Source: a virus | Taxonomy: Duplodnaviria > Heunggongvirae > Uroviricota > Caudoviricetes | Reading direction: 5' to 3' (one strand) | DNA length: 64,000 nucleotides | Virus record (IMG/VR): IMGVR_UViG_3300028048_000115 | Location: 18,061-82,060 of that record | Shown here: piece by piece, positions 27,532-37,485 of the stretch | Layout of the letters: each line of letters starts with the position of its first letter | Numbering within the stretch: position 1 is the first letter of the stretch | Made by a program: the position numbers and the translations under genes | The notes under the pieces: generated by a model | Databases searched by the model: none | What the model was told of the DNA's origin: nothing | What the model saw: the letters and a program-made list of their open reading frames with translations, nothing else

Positions 27532-28089
27532 TTGTGGTGCTTAAGTCAATTATATGAACTTAAAATGTTAAATCTTAAATCTTCCGATATTCCAAAAATA
27601 AGATCTGAAATTCTAAAAGAGCAGAATTACACTTGTCCTCTTTGCGGAAAACACATTACAGAGCAAGACAGAATTACTTTAGACCATCAGCACAAGCAGA
27701 GAAAATCTGATAACAATGGCGAAAACGGAAACGGTCAGGTTAGAGGTGTTTTGTGTGCTGACTGCAATGTATCTGAAGGAAAAATCTGGAACTCAACGAG
27801 CAGATTTCAAGGTGCTAGAACTCCACAGGACCGTATAAACTGGTTAAGAAAACTGATTGAATATTACTCAAAGGATCCATATCCTTATATACACCCAACA
27901 GAAGTGCAAAAGGAACCAGAACTTTCTAAAAAGAATTTTAACATTTTATTAAAAAGGTTTAAAGAAAAATATCCAAAGAAAAAACCTATTGAATATCCAA
28001 AATCAAAAAAGATGACCGCAACATTAAAACCTTTATATGAAGAATTTGAGATAAATCCTTATAATGGGACTGTTATTGAACGCACCTAA
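27532..28089 (+). CDS. recombination endonuclease VII (Holliday junction resolvase, T4 gp49-like)
   Basis: CPLCGK...LDHQH...GQVRGVLCADCNVSEG matches the Endo VII zinc and catalytic motif. Confidence 0.75.
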   Translation: MWCLSQLYELKMLNLKSSDIPKIRSEILKEQNYTCPLCGKHITEQDRITLDHQHKQRKSDNNGENGNGQVRGVLCADCNVSEGKIWNSTSRFQGARTPQDRINWLRKLIEYYSKDPYPYIHPTEVQKEPELSKKNFNILLKRFKEKYPKKKPIEYPKSKKMTATLKPLYEEFEINPYNGTVIERT

Positions 28090-28391
28090 ATTTCTGTTCT
28101 AATCAAACATAAATGTATATAAATAAAATATAAATATTTAAAAAGAAATATATGAGCTAAAAAGACTCATATTTTTATATAAAAAAGGTTTTAAAATGAT
28201 AACATTATTATTAATAGCATTTATGTTTTTTGGAGTTTTGATAAGTTTATGGTATTCAACAAGAATTGTTATAGATCTTAAAAAGACCAAACTTAAACTT
28301 GCTTGTTGCTCATATAAAGTTTCAACAATTAAAGAGCAGCTTACCGTGTTTAAAGCATCCTTAAAAGAGATCGACCGCAAAATTTCAATAA

Positions 28392-30536
28392 TTGAACAGA
28401 GTGTCCACAATGATAAAATTTAAGCAGATTTTAAACGAAAAAACACGCCTCGCAAAGGAATTGGATAGAGTTGAGAACGAACATGGTTCCGCAAATGCTA
28501 GTGAAGCGAAGAAACGTGTTTTTGGAAAAGCAAAAGGTCAAGCATTAAAAACTTGGTTAAATTCAAGAAAACAATACGACAAAAACGTAACAATGAAGGA
28601 TGCCCCATCCAGTATTAAAGACGCCAAAAACGCTGATGAACTTAGACAAGCCATTTCAAGGTGGAAAAACGACAAAAATTCAATTCTTAAAAACGGTTAT
28701 ATGACCGTTGCCTCATTACTTAGAGCAAATGACACCTCAGGCAAAGAAGGTGCAGAGTTAGAAAAACAGCACCGTGAAGAAAAAACTGGATCCGAAACCC
28801 CACAAGAAGAAACTTCACCAGATGGTAGTGATGAAACTCAATCAACTGAAATCACATCACAAGAGCAACCAACTGAAACTTCATCAGATGGTAGTGATGG
28901 AACTCAATCAACTGAAATCACATCACAAGAAGGTAGTGCTGAAACATCATCAGAAGGTAGTGCTGAAACAACATCAGCCGGTAGTAATGAAGAACTTTTA
29001 AAAAAGTTAAAAAATGGTGATGACCTTTCAAAAGAAGAACTTGAAAAACTTATAGAAATCGGAAAGGACGACCCAAATATTTCTGCTGAGGAATATTCCG
29101 CTTTAATGAAACAAAAAGATAAAGTGGAAGATGACCTGAACGCCCGAGACTTAGAAATGCAGAAACGACATAAGAGAGAAAAAAGCGTAGCAGATGCCAA
29201 CGAAGCATTCGCAAAAGCACTTGATGAATTTTTACAATCGTTTGGCTTTGATAGCAGATTTAAAGAAAAGGCAACAAGCAATAAAGAAGAAATTGAAAGA
29301 CAGCACGAACGTGACAGAAAATTAATTGAGCAGGAACGAAGTTTACAAGAAAAAACAAAATTAATCAAAGAAATGAATAAATCAGATTTTAGTTCATTAA
29401 GAAAAGCACAAAAAGAAAAAGAAACCGCGGAAATGGAAAAGATTGAAAAAGCTGGAAAACAGGAATTAGAAAATACTTTATCTGATCAACTCAATACAAA
29501 AATTGAAGAATTTAAAAATGGCCTTGAGGGAAATAATAAAACTCTTTTGGACACCATTAATGCTAATGAAAATGCTTTAAAGGACGCCGAAGAAAAATAT
29601 TCTAGTGCATTGTCAGAACTTGGAGACAATTTTAAGGATATAGACTTAAACAAAGCATTAGAGGCAGATGATAGTGTTCCTGATGAGGAAATAGTTGAAA
29701 TTTTTGGTGAATACTCAGCAGATGACGAAGAAGAGGAAATCAAACTCCCAGTTATGTATTTAAAGATGAGTATTGAGAAACTTAAAGAAACACAACCTAC
29801 CGTTGATGTAAAATATAAACCGCTAATTCAGCGACTTATTGTAACAAAGGAAAAGATTAAAACATTACAGGACGCTCAAAATAATGTTAGCACTTCAAAA
29901 TCAAATTTGGAATTATCAAAAAATAGTAATCCCGAACTTGTTAAACAACGTGATGAACTTTTAAGAGCATATAGTCCTGGTGGTGAAAAATATTTAGAAA
30001 CAGAAAAAAATATTAAAGAAAAAATAGAGAAAAGGAAAAAACAGAAGCAAGAAGAATTAGAACAGGAAAAATTGATCGCAGAAAAAAATTTAAAGGAAAA
30101 GGTTGTAGATGTTCGTTCCGAAATTAATGATATTCAAAAAGGTCTTTTAAAAACTTTAAGAGAATTGAGTAAGGTTGATTATGGCGAAAACCCTATATTA
30201 TTTATGGCTTTACAAAACGAAATTGAAAGCAAGACAGAGAATTTGAAAGCAAAAAACGAGCAATATAATAGTACCCTTGCCTCACTTGGTATAGATGTGA
30301 AATCACAATCTGAAGAAGACAAACTTTTTGGAAAAGAAAAATCTTTTGGAAGTAGTAAACCTTTTGGAAAAGAAAAATCTTTTGGAAGTAGTAAACCTTT
30401 TGGAAAAGATAAACACGCTAAAAATGAAAGTTTAAAGATTAATAAGTACGAAAATAAGAAAGCATTATGTGAATACTTGAAATTACGAAAAACAGATACT
30501 TTTAAATACAGAAAAGAATTTTTTGAAAGACTTTAG
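28392..30536 (+). CDS. large coiled-coil protein with acidic Ser/Thr-rich tandem repeats and a C-terminal KSFGSSKPFGKEK repeats
   Basis: ORF track; internal nucleotide tandem repeats at about 28800-28980 and 30330-30420. Confidence 0.5.
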   Translation: MNRVSTMIKFKQILNEKTRLAKELDRVENEHGSANASEAKKRVFGKAKGQALKTWLNSRKQYDKNVTMKDAPSSIKDAKNADELRQAISRWKNDKNSILKNGYMTVASLLRANDTSGKEGAELEKQHREEKTGSETPQEETSPDGSDETQSTEITSQEQPTETSSDGSDGTQSTEITSQEGSAETSSEGSAETTSAGSNEELLKKLKNGDDLSKEELEKLIEIGKDDPNISAEEYSALMKQKDKVEDDLNARDLEMQKRHKREKSVADANEAFAKALDEFLQSFGFDSRFKEKATSNKEEIERQHERDRKLIEQERSLQEKTKLIKEMNKSDFSSLRKAQKEKETAEMEKIEKAGKQELENTLSDQLNTKIEEFKNGLEGNNKTLLDTINANENALKDAEEKYSSALSELGDNFKDIDLNKALEADDSVPDEEIVEIFGEYSADDEEEEIKLPVMYLKMSIEKLKETQPTVDVKYKPLIQRLIVTKEKIKTLQDAQNNVSTSKSNLELSKNSNPELVKQRDELLRAYSPGGEKYLETEKNIKEKIEKRKKQKQEELEQEKLIAEKNLKEKVVDVRSEINDIQKGLLKTLRELSKVDYGENPILFMALQNEIESKTENLKAKNEQYNSTLASLGIDVKSQSEEDKLFGKEKSFGSSKPFGKEKSFGSSKPFGKDKHAKNESLKINKYENKKALCEYLKLRKTDTFKYRKEFFERL

Positions 30537-30545
30537 AATATAGAA

Positions 30546-30575
30546 AGAAAGCACTCAAGATTGAGTGCTTTTTTG
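30546..30575 (+). terminator. intrinsic terminator AGCACTCAAGATTGAGTGCT plus T-tract
   Basis: hairpin plus T6. Confidence 0.7.
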
Positions 30576-30589
30576 TGTTCACACAAATG

Positions 30590-30900
30590 TAATATTATTT
30601 TAAATTTCTATATATATAGAATATATAAATTTTTTGTGTTTACACAATTATTTTTTGGATCCATTTAAAATTTTTTGGTTCACACAATTATTTTTTGGAT
30701 CCATTTAAAATTTTTGTGTTCACACAATTATTTTTTTGGATCCATTTAAAATTCTTTTAAATTTCTATATATAGAATATATAAATTTTTTGTGTTTACAC
30801 AATTATTTTTTGGATCCATTTAAAATTTTTGTGTTCACACAATTATTTTTTTTGGATCCATTTAAAATTTTTTGGTTCCATTTAAAATTTTTTGGAGTCT
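30590..30900. repeat. largest array of the roughly 40-bp direct repeat unit (gtgtt[ct]acacaattattttttggatccatttaaaattttt), at least 6 copies, plus AT palindromes
   Basis: read directly. Confidence 0.85.
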
Positions 30901-30977
30901 AAATTTAATTAAAAATGTTTTTTTTTTAAAATATAAATAAATTAAAAATGTTTTTATAAAATATAAATAAATCAAAA

Positions 30978-31313
30978 ATGTTTAAAATGGGAAAACTTAT
31001 GAGAAAATTTTCAAAATTGATTTTAGAAGATTCATTTAATAGTAAGAGGATTGAAAAATTTTTAGTAGCAATTGCTAAAGATTCGAAGGACTTTAAGTGG
31101 GAGATGAGTGACCTTGATTTTGATGAGGTTTTTGAAAAAGGCGAAGGTGATTTCTTAACTTGTTTAACAAGTTTGAAGAAAGCAGCTGATTCAAGAAAAC
31201 TTGATACAATTGGAATTGTATTTCTTAAAACTGCCCGACCTGGCGATGACATCATTCTTAAATATGAACCAAAGAAGAAAAAGTGGTCATTATTTACATT
31301 AGCTGATATTTAA
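30978..31313 (+). CDS. hypothetical protein
   Basis: ORF track. Confidence 0.35.
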   Translation: MFKMGKLMRKFSKLILEDSFNSKRIEKFLVAIAKDSKDFKWEMSDLDFDEVFEKGEGDFLTCLTSLKKAADSRKLDTIGIVFLKTARPGDDIILKYEPKKKKWSLFTLADI

Positions 31314-31553
31314 TTTTAAAGCTCCTTAATTAAGGAGCTATTTTTGTCTATAAATTATTCAGTCTTTTTAAAAAGTCTTTATAAATCAATAACTTAGTAA
31401 GAGATATATTTTTGTTAAGTCTTTGATTTATAAAGACTTTTTTATTTTGTGAAAAAATTGTTAAAAAATATTTGCTTTTCTTATATACACATATTATAAT
31501 TATTGACATATTAATTTTATGGTGCTTGAGAAATATTTTAAAGGAGCGTTTAA

Positions 31554-32450
31554 ATGGATAAGCAAGACGTTGAATTAATCAAACCAGCTTTAATTTGGAT
31601 TTTTTTATTTTTATTTGGTGTTTTGTCCTTTTTCAACATTTATTTCATTGACGAAGGAGAAAGGTGTGTAAAAACAACCTTTGGTGAGGTGTCTGGAACT
31701 TGGGAACCAGGTTTACACTTTAAATTCCCATTGTTTCAGAGTGTTGAAGTTTATAATGTTAGGGTGCAAAAAACTGTTTTTGGTGATACTGAAAATATTT
31801 TAACGGCATATACAAATGACCAGCAGATTATCAAATCATACGTAATTTCGATAACCTGGAAGTATGACGCCAATAGAATTGCCGAAGTTTATAAAAATTT
31901 TGGAAGTTCAAGGTCTGATAATTCTGTGTTTTATACTGTTGTTTCACCATTGGTTCAGCAGACATCGAAGACTATTCTTGGTCAATACACAGCAAGTACA
32001 ATTGTTCAGGAAAGAGCAAAGTTAGAGAGTGCTTTAGACATTAAACTTAAAGAACAGTTAGCAAATTATCCTATTTCCGTAATTGGTGTTCAGTTAGAAG
32101 ATGTTAATTTTTCTGAAACCTATGAACAGGTAATTGAGCAGACCGCTCAGAAGAAAATGGAAATTGATAAAGCAAAAAACGAATTGCAGAAAATTGAGAT
32201 TGAAAGTAAGCAGGCTGTTGCAAAAGCAGACGCTGAAAATAAGGCAATTAAATTGCGAGCTGACGCTGACGCTTATCAGATTGAAATTAAAGCAAAGGCA
32301 GAAGCAAACGCAATTAAGTTAAAAGCAGAAGCACTTAAAGCAAATAAAGAACTTATTGATTTAACAATTGCAGAAAAATGGAATGGTAATGTTCCACAAA
32401 CTGTAATCGGAGATAAAGGTTCGTTAGTTCCATTGCTTAAGGTTCAATAA
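31554..32450 (+). CDS. SPFH/band-7 (prohibitin/HflC-like) membrane protein with C-terminal coiled coil
   Basis: N-terminal TM, then FIDEGERCVKTTFGEV...HFKFP..Q.V, then an Ala/Lys/Glu-rich coiled coil. Confidence 0.6.
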   Translation: MDKQDVELIKPALIWIFLFLFGVLSFFNIYFIDEGERCVKTTFGEVSGTWEPGLHFKFPLFQSVEVYNVRVQKTVFGDTENILTAYTNDQQIIKSYVISITWKYDANRIAEVYKNFGSSRSDNSVFYTVVSPLVQQTSKTILGQYTASTIVQERAKLESALDIKLKEQLANYPISVIGVQLEDVNFSETYEQVIEQTAQKKMEIDKAKNELQKIEIESKQAVAKADAENKAIKLRADADAYQIEIKAKAEANAIKLKAEALKANKELIDLTIAEKWNGNVPQTVIGDKGSLVPLLKVQ

Positions 32451-32486
32451 TCATTTAAGGGGACTTTTAAAAAGTCCCTTTTTTAT

Positions 32487-32580
32487 GAACTCTCGGAGTG
32501 TGACCTACATCTACCTAAAGGATAGATGCTTCCATTTAGAACTAATTCCAGTTCAAACATTTAGGACTTGTGTTACACTA
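32487..32580 (-). mobile_element. partial copy of the IS right end (hairpin plus variable segment) in minus orientation
   Basis: tgtgacctacatctacctaaaggatagatgcttccatttagaac... matches the right end at 57511. Confidence 0.55.
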
Positions 32581-32686
32581 AGCGCCATAAAAATTTTTTT
32601 TAAAAAAATATTTGCTTTTCTTATATAACATATTATAATTAATATGTAAGAAATTTTAAAATCTTATAAGTAAGAGGAAAGAGAGA

Positions 32687-33028
32687 ATGTTTAATTTTGA
32701 AGAAATTACCGAAAGAACAATGGAAATCACCAAGAACATTGAAAAGGCAAAGATTAGAGAACTTTTAGAAAAGGGTCATGGATTTGCTGTTATTCGTGAC
32801 AACGGTACTCTTGACATTTTTGGTGTTTGTGGATTTGCTGTTATCAAGTTTCGTGATTACAGAAAGGCATTTGCAAGAGCTTGGTTAAAGGAAAGTGGTT
32901 CAAGATCTTACTTTAGCAGTTGTTCAACCCAGGAACTTTCTATTCAACGTGAATGTGCTAACAAGGTTTGTGAATATCTTAACAAAACCTATAATGCTGA
33001 CGCCTACGTTTATTCTTGGGTTGATTAA
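32687..33028 (+). CDS. hypothetical protein
   Basis: ORF track; promoter module upstream. Confidence 0.35.
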   Translation: MFNFEEITERTMEITKNIEKAKIRELLEKGHGFAVIRDNGTLDIFGVCGFAVIKFRDYRKAFARAWLKESGSRSYFSSCSTQELSIQRECANKVCEYLNKTYNADAYVYSWVD

Positions 33029-33091
33029 AGAGTCACACTTTATAAATGTTTTATATATTATAGTAAAAAGTTAAATGTGAGGAATGTTATT

Positions 33092-33430
33092 ATGTGTATC
33101 AAAATTATTGGTGATACCAATTCAAAAATGCTTTTAAATAATGTTTGCCCATCAATTATCTCCAAAATCAACAGCGTTCTAAAAAAGTTAGATGTTTATG
33201 ACGCCATTCAACTTTGTTCAAAAATTGAGAATGAGTTGGGTTCTGGAATTGTGATTGGTAATGTTTGTCCTTTCTGCGGAAAACTTTCAACTGTTAAACT
33301 TAATAAAAAGCAGATGGATGCCTATGCAGAGTTTTTAAATGGAAATATCAGAGTTCAGGAAATTCCAAATTTAACCCCTGACGAAAGAGAGGTTTTACTT
33401 ACTGGAATTTGTGATGACTGTTGGATTTAA
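33092..33430 (+). CDS. zinc-ribbon protein (CPFCGK...CDDCW)
   Basis: two CxxC pairs. Confidence 0.35.
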   Translation: MCIKIIGDTNSKMLLNNVCPSIISKINSVLKKLDVYDAIQLCSKIENELGSGIVIGNVCPFCGKLSTVKLNKKQMDAYAEFLNGNIRVQEIPNLTPDEREVLLTGICDDCWI

Positions 33431-33521
33431 GGTTATAATCTATGCTTGTTAAAATTATAATTGTTTTGTACGTTTTATTTTTAATGCTCGCATTTTTTAG
33501 TCCTATGTTTTAGAGGTAAGC

Positions 33522-34001
33522 ATGAGGTACGTCTGTTCTGATTTGCATTTAGGAAGTGAGTATTGGAGTAAGGAAAGAGGATTTGCAACTCCAGACGAAA
33601 TGGATTTATACATTATCTCTAAGTTAAAGGAAAAAGTAAAAGAAGGAGATAAACTGTACATTTTAGGTGATGTTGCAAATTCCAAAAAGTCGTTGAAATT
33701 GCTTTCAGAGGTTCCTGGAAAGAAAGTTCTTGTCAAGGGAAACCACGATGTTTTTGAACTCAAGCACTATCTTCCTTATTTTTACGATATTCGTGCTTGT
33801 ATTGCAACGTATGACAAAAACAAAAATACGGTTTTATTGTCACATTTTCCAATACACCCAGATCAGTTTTCAAGGTATATCAAAAACGTTCACGGACATA
33901 TTCATAGAGTTTCTGATTTACCACAGGATAAAAGATATTTTGCGGTATGCTATGACATAAGAAAAGATTTTTTGTATTCTTTTGATGAGGTTGTAAACTA
34001 A
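33522..34001 (+). CDS. calcineurin-like metallophosphoesterase
   Basis: SDLHLG, GDV, GNHD motifs. Confidence 0.65.
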   Translation: MRYVCSDLHLGSEYWSKERGFATPDEMDLYIISKLKEKVKEGDKLYILGDVANSKKSLKLLSEVPGKKVLVKGNHDVFELKHYLPYFYDIRACIATYDKNKNTVLLSHFPIHPDQFSRYIKNVHGHIHRVSDLPQDKRYFAVCYDIRKDFLYSFDEVVN

Positions 34002-34120
34002 AAGGTACCTTTTAGAGCCAAAGGGACCTTTTAAAATATTGAAAAAGGGACTCTAAAAGTCCCTTTTAAATTTCAATTTAACAAAGGGTCGCAAATGCGA
34101 CCCTCTATTTTAAAATACTT

Positions 34121-34321
34121 TTAGTTCTGTTCAATTTTTAAAACATCATCTCTAACTACCCAATAAAACTCAACATAATCCCCTTCTGGATCAATGTCTT
34201 TTAACCACTCTTCAACAGGCCCGTCAAATAGAACAATATCAAGTTTATTGTCGTACATAAAAACCCTTTTAACGTTTTTCTCTTTAACTTCTTTTAAAAC
34301 TTCTTTGATGTTCATTTTCAA
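34121..34321 (-). CDS. small hypothetical protein
   Basis: ORF track. Confidence 0.3.
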   Translation of the reverse strand: MKMNIKEVLKEVKEKNVKRVFMYDNKLDIVLFDGPVEEWLKDIDPEGDYVEFYWVVRDDVLKIEQN

Positions 34322-34432
34322 TTCTCCTCTCTTAAAAATCTCTCTTACACTTATATTATATAATATTTTACAATAAAGAATGTGATCTAAATCACATTTT
34401 GATTATATAAATATACTAGAGGTAAAAATAAA

Positions 34433-35695
34433 ATGTTATTTAAATATTTAATGGAAGCAGGTCTTAACATCAATGGCAAAACATATCCAAAATTTGGAAA
34501 TGCTTTAATTTGTGCGGGTGGTGCTGGTTGTTTTGACGAAAACACACTCGTGAAAACTAATGAAGGGTACAAACGAATAAAAGACATTAAGACTGGCGAT
34601 CTTGTGGAAACGCTTAACGAAAATACAAACGTTTCCGAATTTAAGGAAGTTGAAGAATTAAAGGCATTTGAAAGCACAAAACCTATGATTAAGTTAACTT
34701 TTGACAATGGCGAAGAAGTAATCTGTACTGAAGACCACGAATTTTTAGTTGATGGCAAATGGGTAATGGCAAAAGATTTAAAAATTAAAAAAGAATATAT
34801 CAAAAATTATTCAAAAACAGTTTATGACCTTAAAATCAAAGACAACCATAATTACAAAATTACAGAGTCTGATTTAATAGTTCATAATTCAGGTAAGGGT
34901 TTTGTTCTCAATAATGTGTGTTTATTCCAGGGAAGAACTTTTGACGTTGATAACATCAAAAAGAACCTAATCAAAATGAAAGATACCACCGTAATTTATA
35001 AGAAGTATCTTGAATGGAGAAAACAAAATCCTTCAGCACCAGAAACCATCAATGACCTTAAACTTGAGGAGCCTGAGCACGTTTCTTTACTTCACAAATT
35101 CTCATCTGAAATGGGTTATGGTGACGCTGTAATTAAAACTTTTATCACAAATGCTTCATTATTACCTGCTGATAGAAAACCAAATGTAATTTTTGACTGC
35201 ACTCTAAAATCATTTTCAGATTTGACGGATTTTAAGAAAATGCTTGACTTAGGTGGTTATGACCCTAAAAATATTCATTTAGTTTGGGTGCTAAACAAAT
35301 TTGAAGTTGCTTTGAAACAAAATGATGAAAGAGAACGAAAGGTTTCCATAAATGTTATGTTCAAGACTCACGAGGGTGTTTCCGAAAATCTTAGCAATAT
35401 CCTTAAAGATTTAAACTCTATTCGAAACATTGTTGATGGCGATATTTGGATTGTTCCAAATCAAACTAAAGTTGATAATGACTCGGTTGTTTCATTAAGA
35501 AAAACCTTTAGTGGTAAAGAAGTAAAAAGCGTAAGGTACGTAAAAGAATATTCCGCTTATCAAGTAAAGAAATCTGGTAAAGCACCAAAATCTTACGATG
35601 AAATCTGTTCCGATGTGATTGATAATCTCCATAAGTCTAAGATTATTGATAAAATCAAGGATTACGTTCCAGTTTCAACAAAAGATAATTGGTAA
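34433..35695 (+). CDS. P-loop NTPase or nucleotide-kinase-like protein interrupted by a mini-intein in the Walker A motif
   Basis: extein junction ICAGGAG|CFDEN...IVHN|SGKGF reconstitutes GGAGSGKG; Hint domain blocks present. Confidence 0.6.
   Translation: MLFKYLMEAGLNINGKTYPKFGNALICAGGAGCFDENTLVKTNEGYKRIKDIKTGDLVETLNENTNVSEFKEVEELKAFESTKPMIKLTFDNGEEVICTEDHEFLVDGKWVMAKDLKIKKEYIKNYSKTVYDLKIKDNHNYKITESDLIVHNSGKGFVLNNVCLFQGRTFDVDNIKKNLIKMKDTTVIYKKYLEWRKQNPSAPETINDLKLEEPEHVSLLHKFSSEMGYGDAVIKTFITNASLLPADRKPNVIFDCTLKSFSDLTDFKKMLDLGGYDPKNIHLVWVLNKFEVALKQNDERERKVSINVMFKTHEGVSENLSNILKDLNSIRNIVDGDIWIVPNQTKVDNDSVVSLRKTFSGKEVKSVRYVKEYSAYQVKKSGKAPKSYDEICSDVIDNLHKSKIIDKIKDYVPVSTKDNW
34529..34888 (+). other. 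mini-intein (about 120 aa, no endonuclease domain)
   Basis: begins with Cys, ends in HN, next residue Ser; TGD.V, EDHEF and VHNS blocks. Confidence 0.6.
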
Positions 35696-35742
35696 GACTG
35701 GATAAATTTTTAAACATTATAAATACAATAAAGGAATAATTA

Positions 35743-36315
35743 ATGGATATTGTTGAAACTGCCGATAAGTTAGCAGAAAAGATCAATAAAATTTCTGCTT
35801 CTTTTTCCGAGCAACTTGAAAACGCAAATGCCTTAATCGTTCAGGGAGATGAACTTGACAGCCAGGCTGCCGAAGTTATCAAAGACGTGAAAGAACTGCC
35901 GGCACAGGAATATCGTTTCAATCTGGATTTATTACCTCAAATTTTAAATCTTGAGAATATGATGTCAGATGTAAAATATATCCGTGAAACCTTGCAGGAA
36001 AATTCAACTCTAGGAAGAAGACTTTTAAAGGTAATTTCTCAAGAAATTGAGTTTGAGCCAAATGCTGAACTGCTTGCTTCGTATTCTCAACTTTCAGCAA
36101 CTATAACTGACAATATGAGATTATATCTTTCCTGTTATAGAGATATATCACATATTTTAATAAACATTGCAAAATTGACTAGGGAAGCACAAAAAGAAAT
36201 CAACACCCAAAACAATATTCAAGTTAATATCCAAACACCAAGTTCAGAGGTTTTGAGCACCGCTGACTTAATCAAACAATTATCAAATCTTAAAGGAGAA
36301 AATAATGATAACTAA
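35743..36315 (+). CDS. hypothetical protein
   Basis: ORF track; TATAAATA-like box upstream. Confidence 0.35.
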   Translation: MDIVETADKLAEKINKISASFSEQLENANALIVQGDELDSQAAEVIKDVKELPAQEYRFNLDLLPQILNLENMMSDVKYIRETLQENSTLGRRLLKVISQEIEFEPNAELLASYSQLSATITDNMRLYLSCYRDISHILINIAKLTREAQKEINTQNNIQVNIQTPSSEVLSTADLIKQLSNLKGENNDN

Positions 36316-36703
36316 AAAACCTTGCATTTGTGGATGCCCAACAAATTGCACTTGTAATCAAAATTCAGAGGGTTCATATATCGTTGTTGAACCATTTTGG
36401 TTACAGCACGTTATGCTTAAAAAAGACCAAGTAATTCACGGACCAGTATCACCAAGATGGATACAATTAGGACTGATTAAACAGTATTCAGTTAAGACTG
36501 CAGCTGCTAAAAAAGCAGCCGAAACTGCTGTTAAGACTGCAAAAGTAGATGAAAGCACCAAGAAAGTTGAAACTAAAGTATCTAAACCTGAAAAGGTAAT
36601 TGAAACCCCTAAATGCGATACCGTAATTGAGGTTCCACAGCCATCAGAGGTTGTTCTTAACGAAGTTGCAAAAACTGAATTAAAGGATTTAACAAGGAAG
36701 TAA
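36305..36703 (+). CDS. hypothetical Cys-rich N-terminus, Lys/Ala-rich protein
   Basis: ORF track; ATGA overlap coupling with the upstream gene. Confidence 0.35.
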   Translation: MITKKPCICGCPTNCTCNQNSEGSYIVVEPFWLQHVMLKKDQVIHGPVSPRWIQLGLIKQYSVKTAAAKKAAETAVKTAKVDESTKKVETKVSKPEKVIETPKCDTVIEVPQPSEVVLNEVAKTELKDLTRK

Positions 36704-36737
36704 AACTCTTTATGGTGGATGCTTCTTAGAACAAAAA

Positions 36738-37469
36738 TCACCACCCAAATGGGTCTTTTTCTTCTGTATTAACAACTGACTTAAATTCCCTCTTATCAAG
36801 ATTTGGCTCTTCATAAACCTTAACGGAATTTAAGTCTTTTACCTCTGCTTCGTATTGGAGTTCTTCCTTTTCCTTGAGCAGAGTTTCAAAATAACCGTCG
36901 AGCACGTCATAATTTTCGTACTGAATTTCGGTGTCCTCTTTACTTTCAGTTTCTAAAGTATTGATCAAATCGGAATTATTCATATTACCCTCAAAATCGT
37001 GGAGCTTAAATTCATAAGCACGTAAAGTAAGTTTATAAGCACTCTTAGCATCCGAATATGCCCAAAGATTGTTGATACCTGGCACTTGCCATTCAACGTT
37101 TGTAATTTCCATAACCTTGTTTGAAGGGAAAATCACCAAAGATGAAAGCATTGTGTGCATATCAAGATTATATTTTGAGACCTCTTTAGCACTTATAAAA
37201 ACTTCACAGCTGTCTTGAATGTTTAGACCAAAATCGGAAAACATATAATTTCCTCTATCAAGGTCATCGGCATTTGATGGCAATAAATGAACATCAAAAA
37301 TGTTTTTATTGTCTGTTTTGACAGAACTCCAATCACCAAAAACCTCAATATCTACATTGTTTTTGTCGGTGACCAAAATTTTAGCGTCAATACCGTAAAG
37401 TCTGATTGCTTCGTCAATTAAATTAACGTTTAAAACGTATTCGTTTTTATGAGTAAAATTAAAATTCAT
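36738..37469 (-). CDS. hypothetical protein
   Basis: ORF track. Confidence 0.4.
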   Translation of the reverse strand: MNFNFTHKNEYVLNVNLIDEAIRLYGIDAKILVTDKNNVDIEVFGDWSSVKTDNKNIFDVHLLPSNADDLDRGNYMFSDFGLNIQDSCEVFISAKEVSKYNLDMHTMLSSLVIFPSNKVMEITNVEWQVPGINNLWAYSDAKSAYKLTLRAYEFKLHDFEGNMNNSDLINTLETESKEDTEIQYENYDVLDGYFETLLKEKEELQYEAEVKDLNSVKVYEEPNLDKREFKSVVNTEEKDPFGW

Positions 37470-37485
37470 GGTTTATATATAAAAT

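Noticed and set aside
30590-30900. The GGATCCATTTAAAA repeat arrays as CRISPR arrays
   Set aside because: The repeats are AT-rich and not regularly spaced, the spacers are far too short and partly identical, and there are no cas genes. The same motif recurs at several loci as part of a promoter or terminator module.
30926-31255. 109-aa minus-strand ORF
   Set aside because: It overlaps the + strand gene 30978-31313 on a predominantly + strand operon and is low-complexity (poly-S/K).
36436-36744. Minus-strand 102-aa ORF overlapping 36305-36703
   Set aside because: The + strand ORF is translationally coupled (ATGA overlap) to the upstream gene in the same operon. The minus ORF is low-complexity with no RBS.
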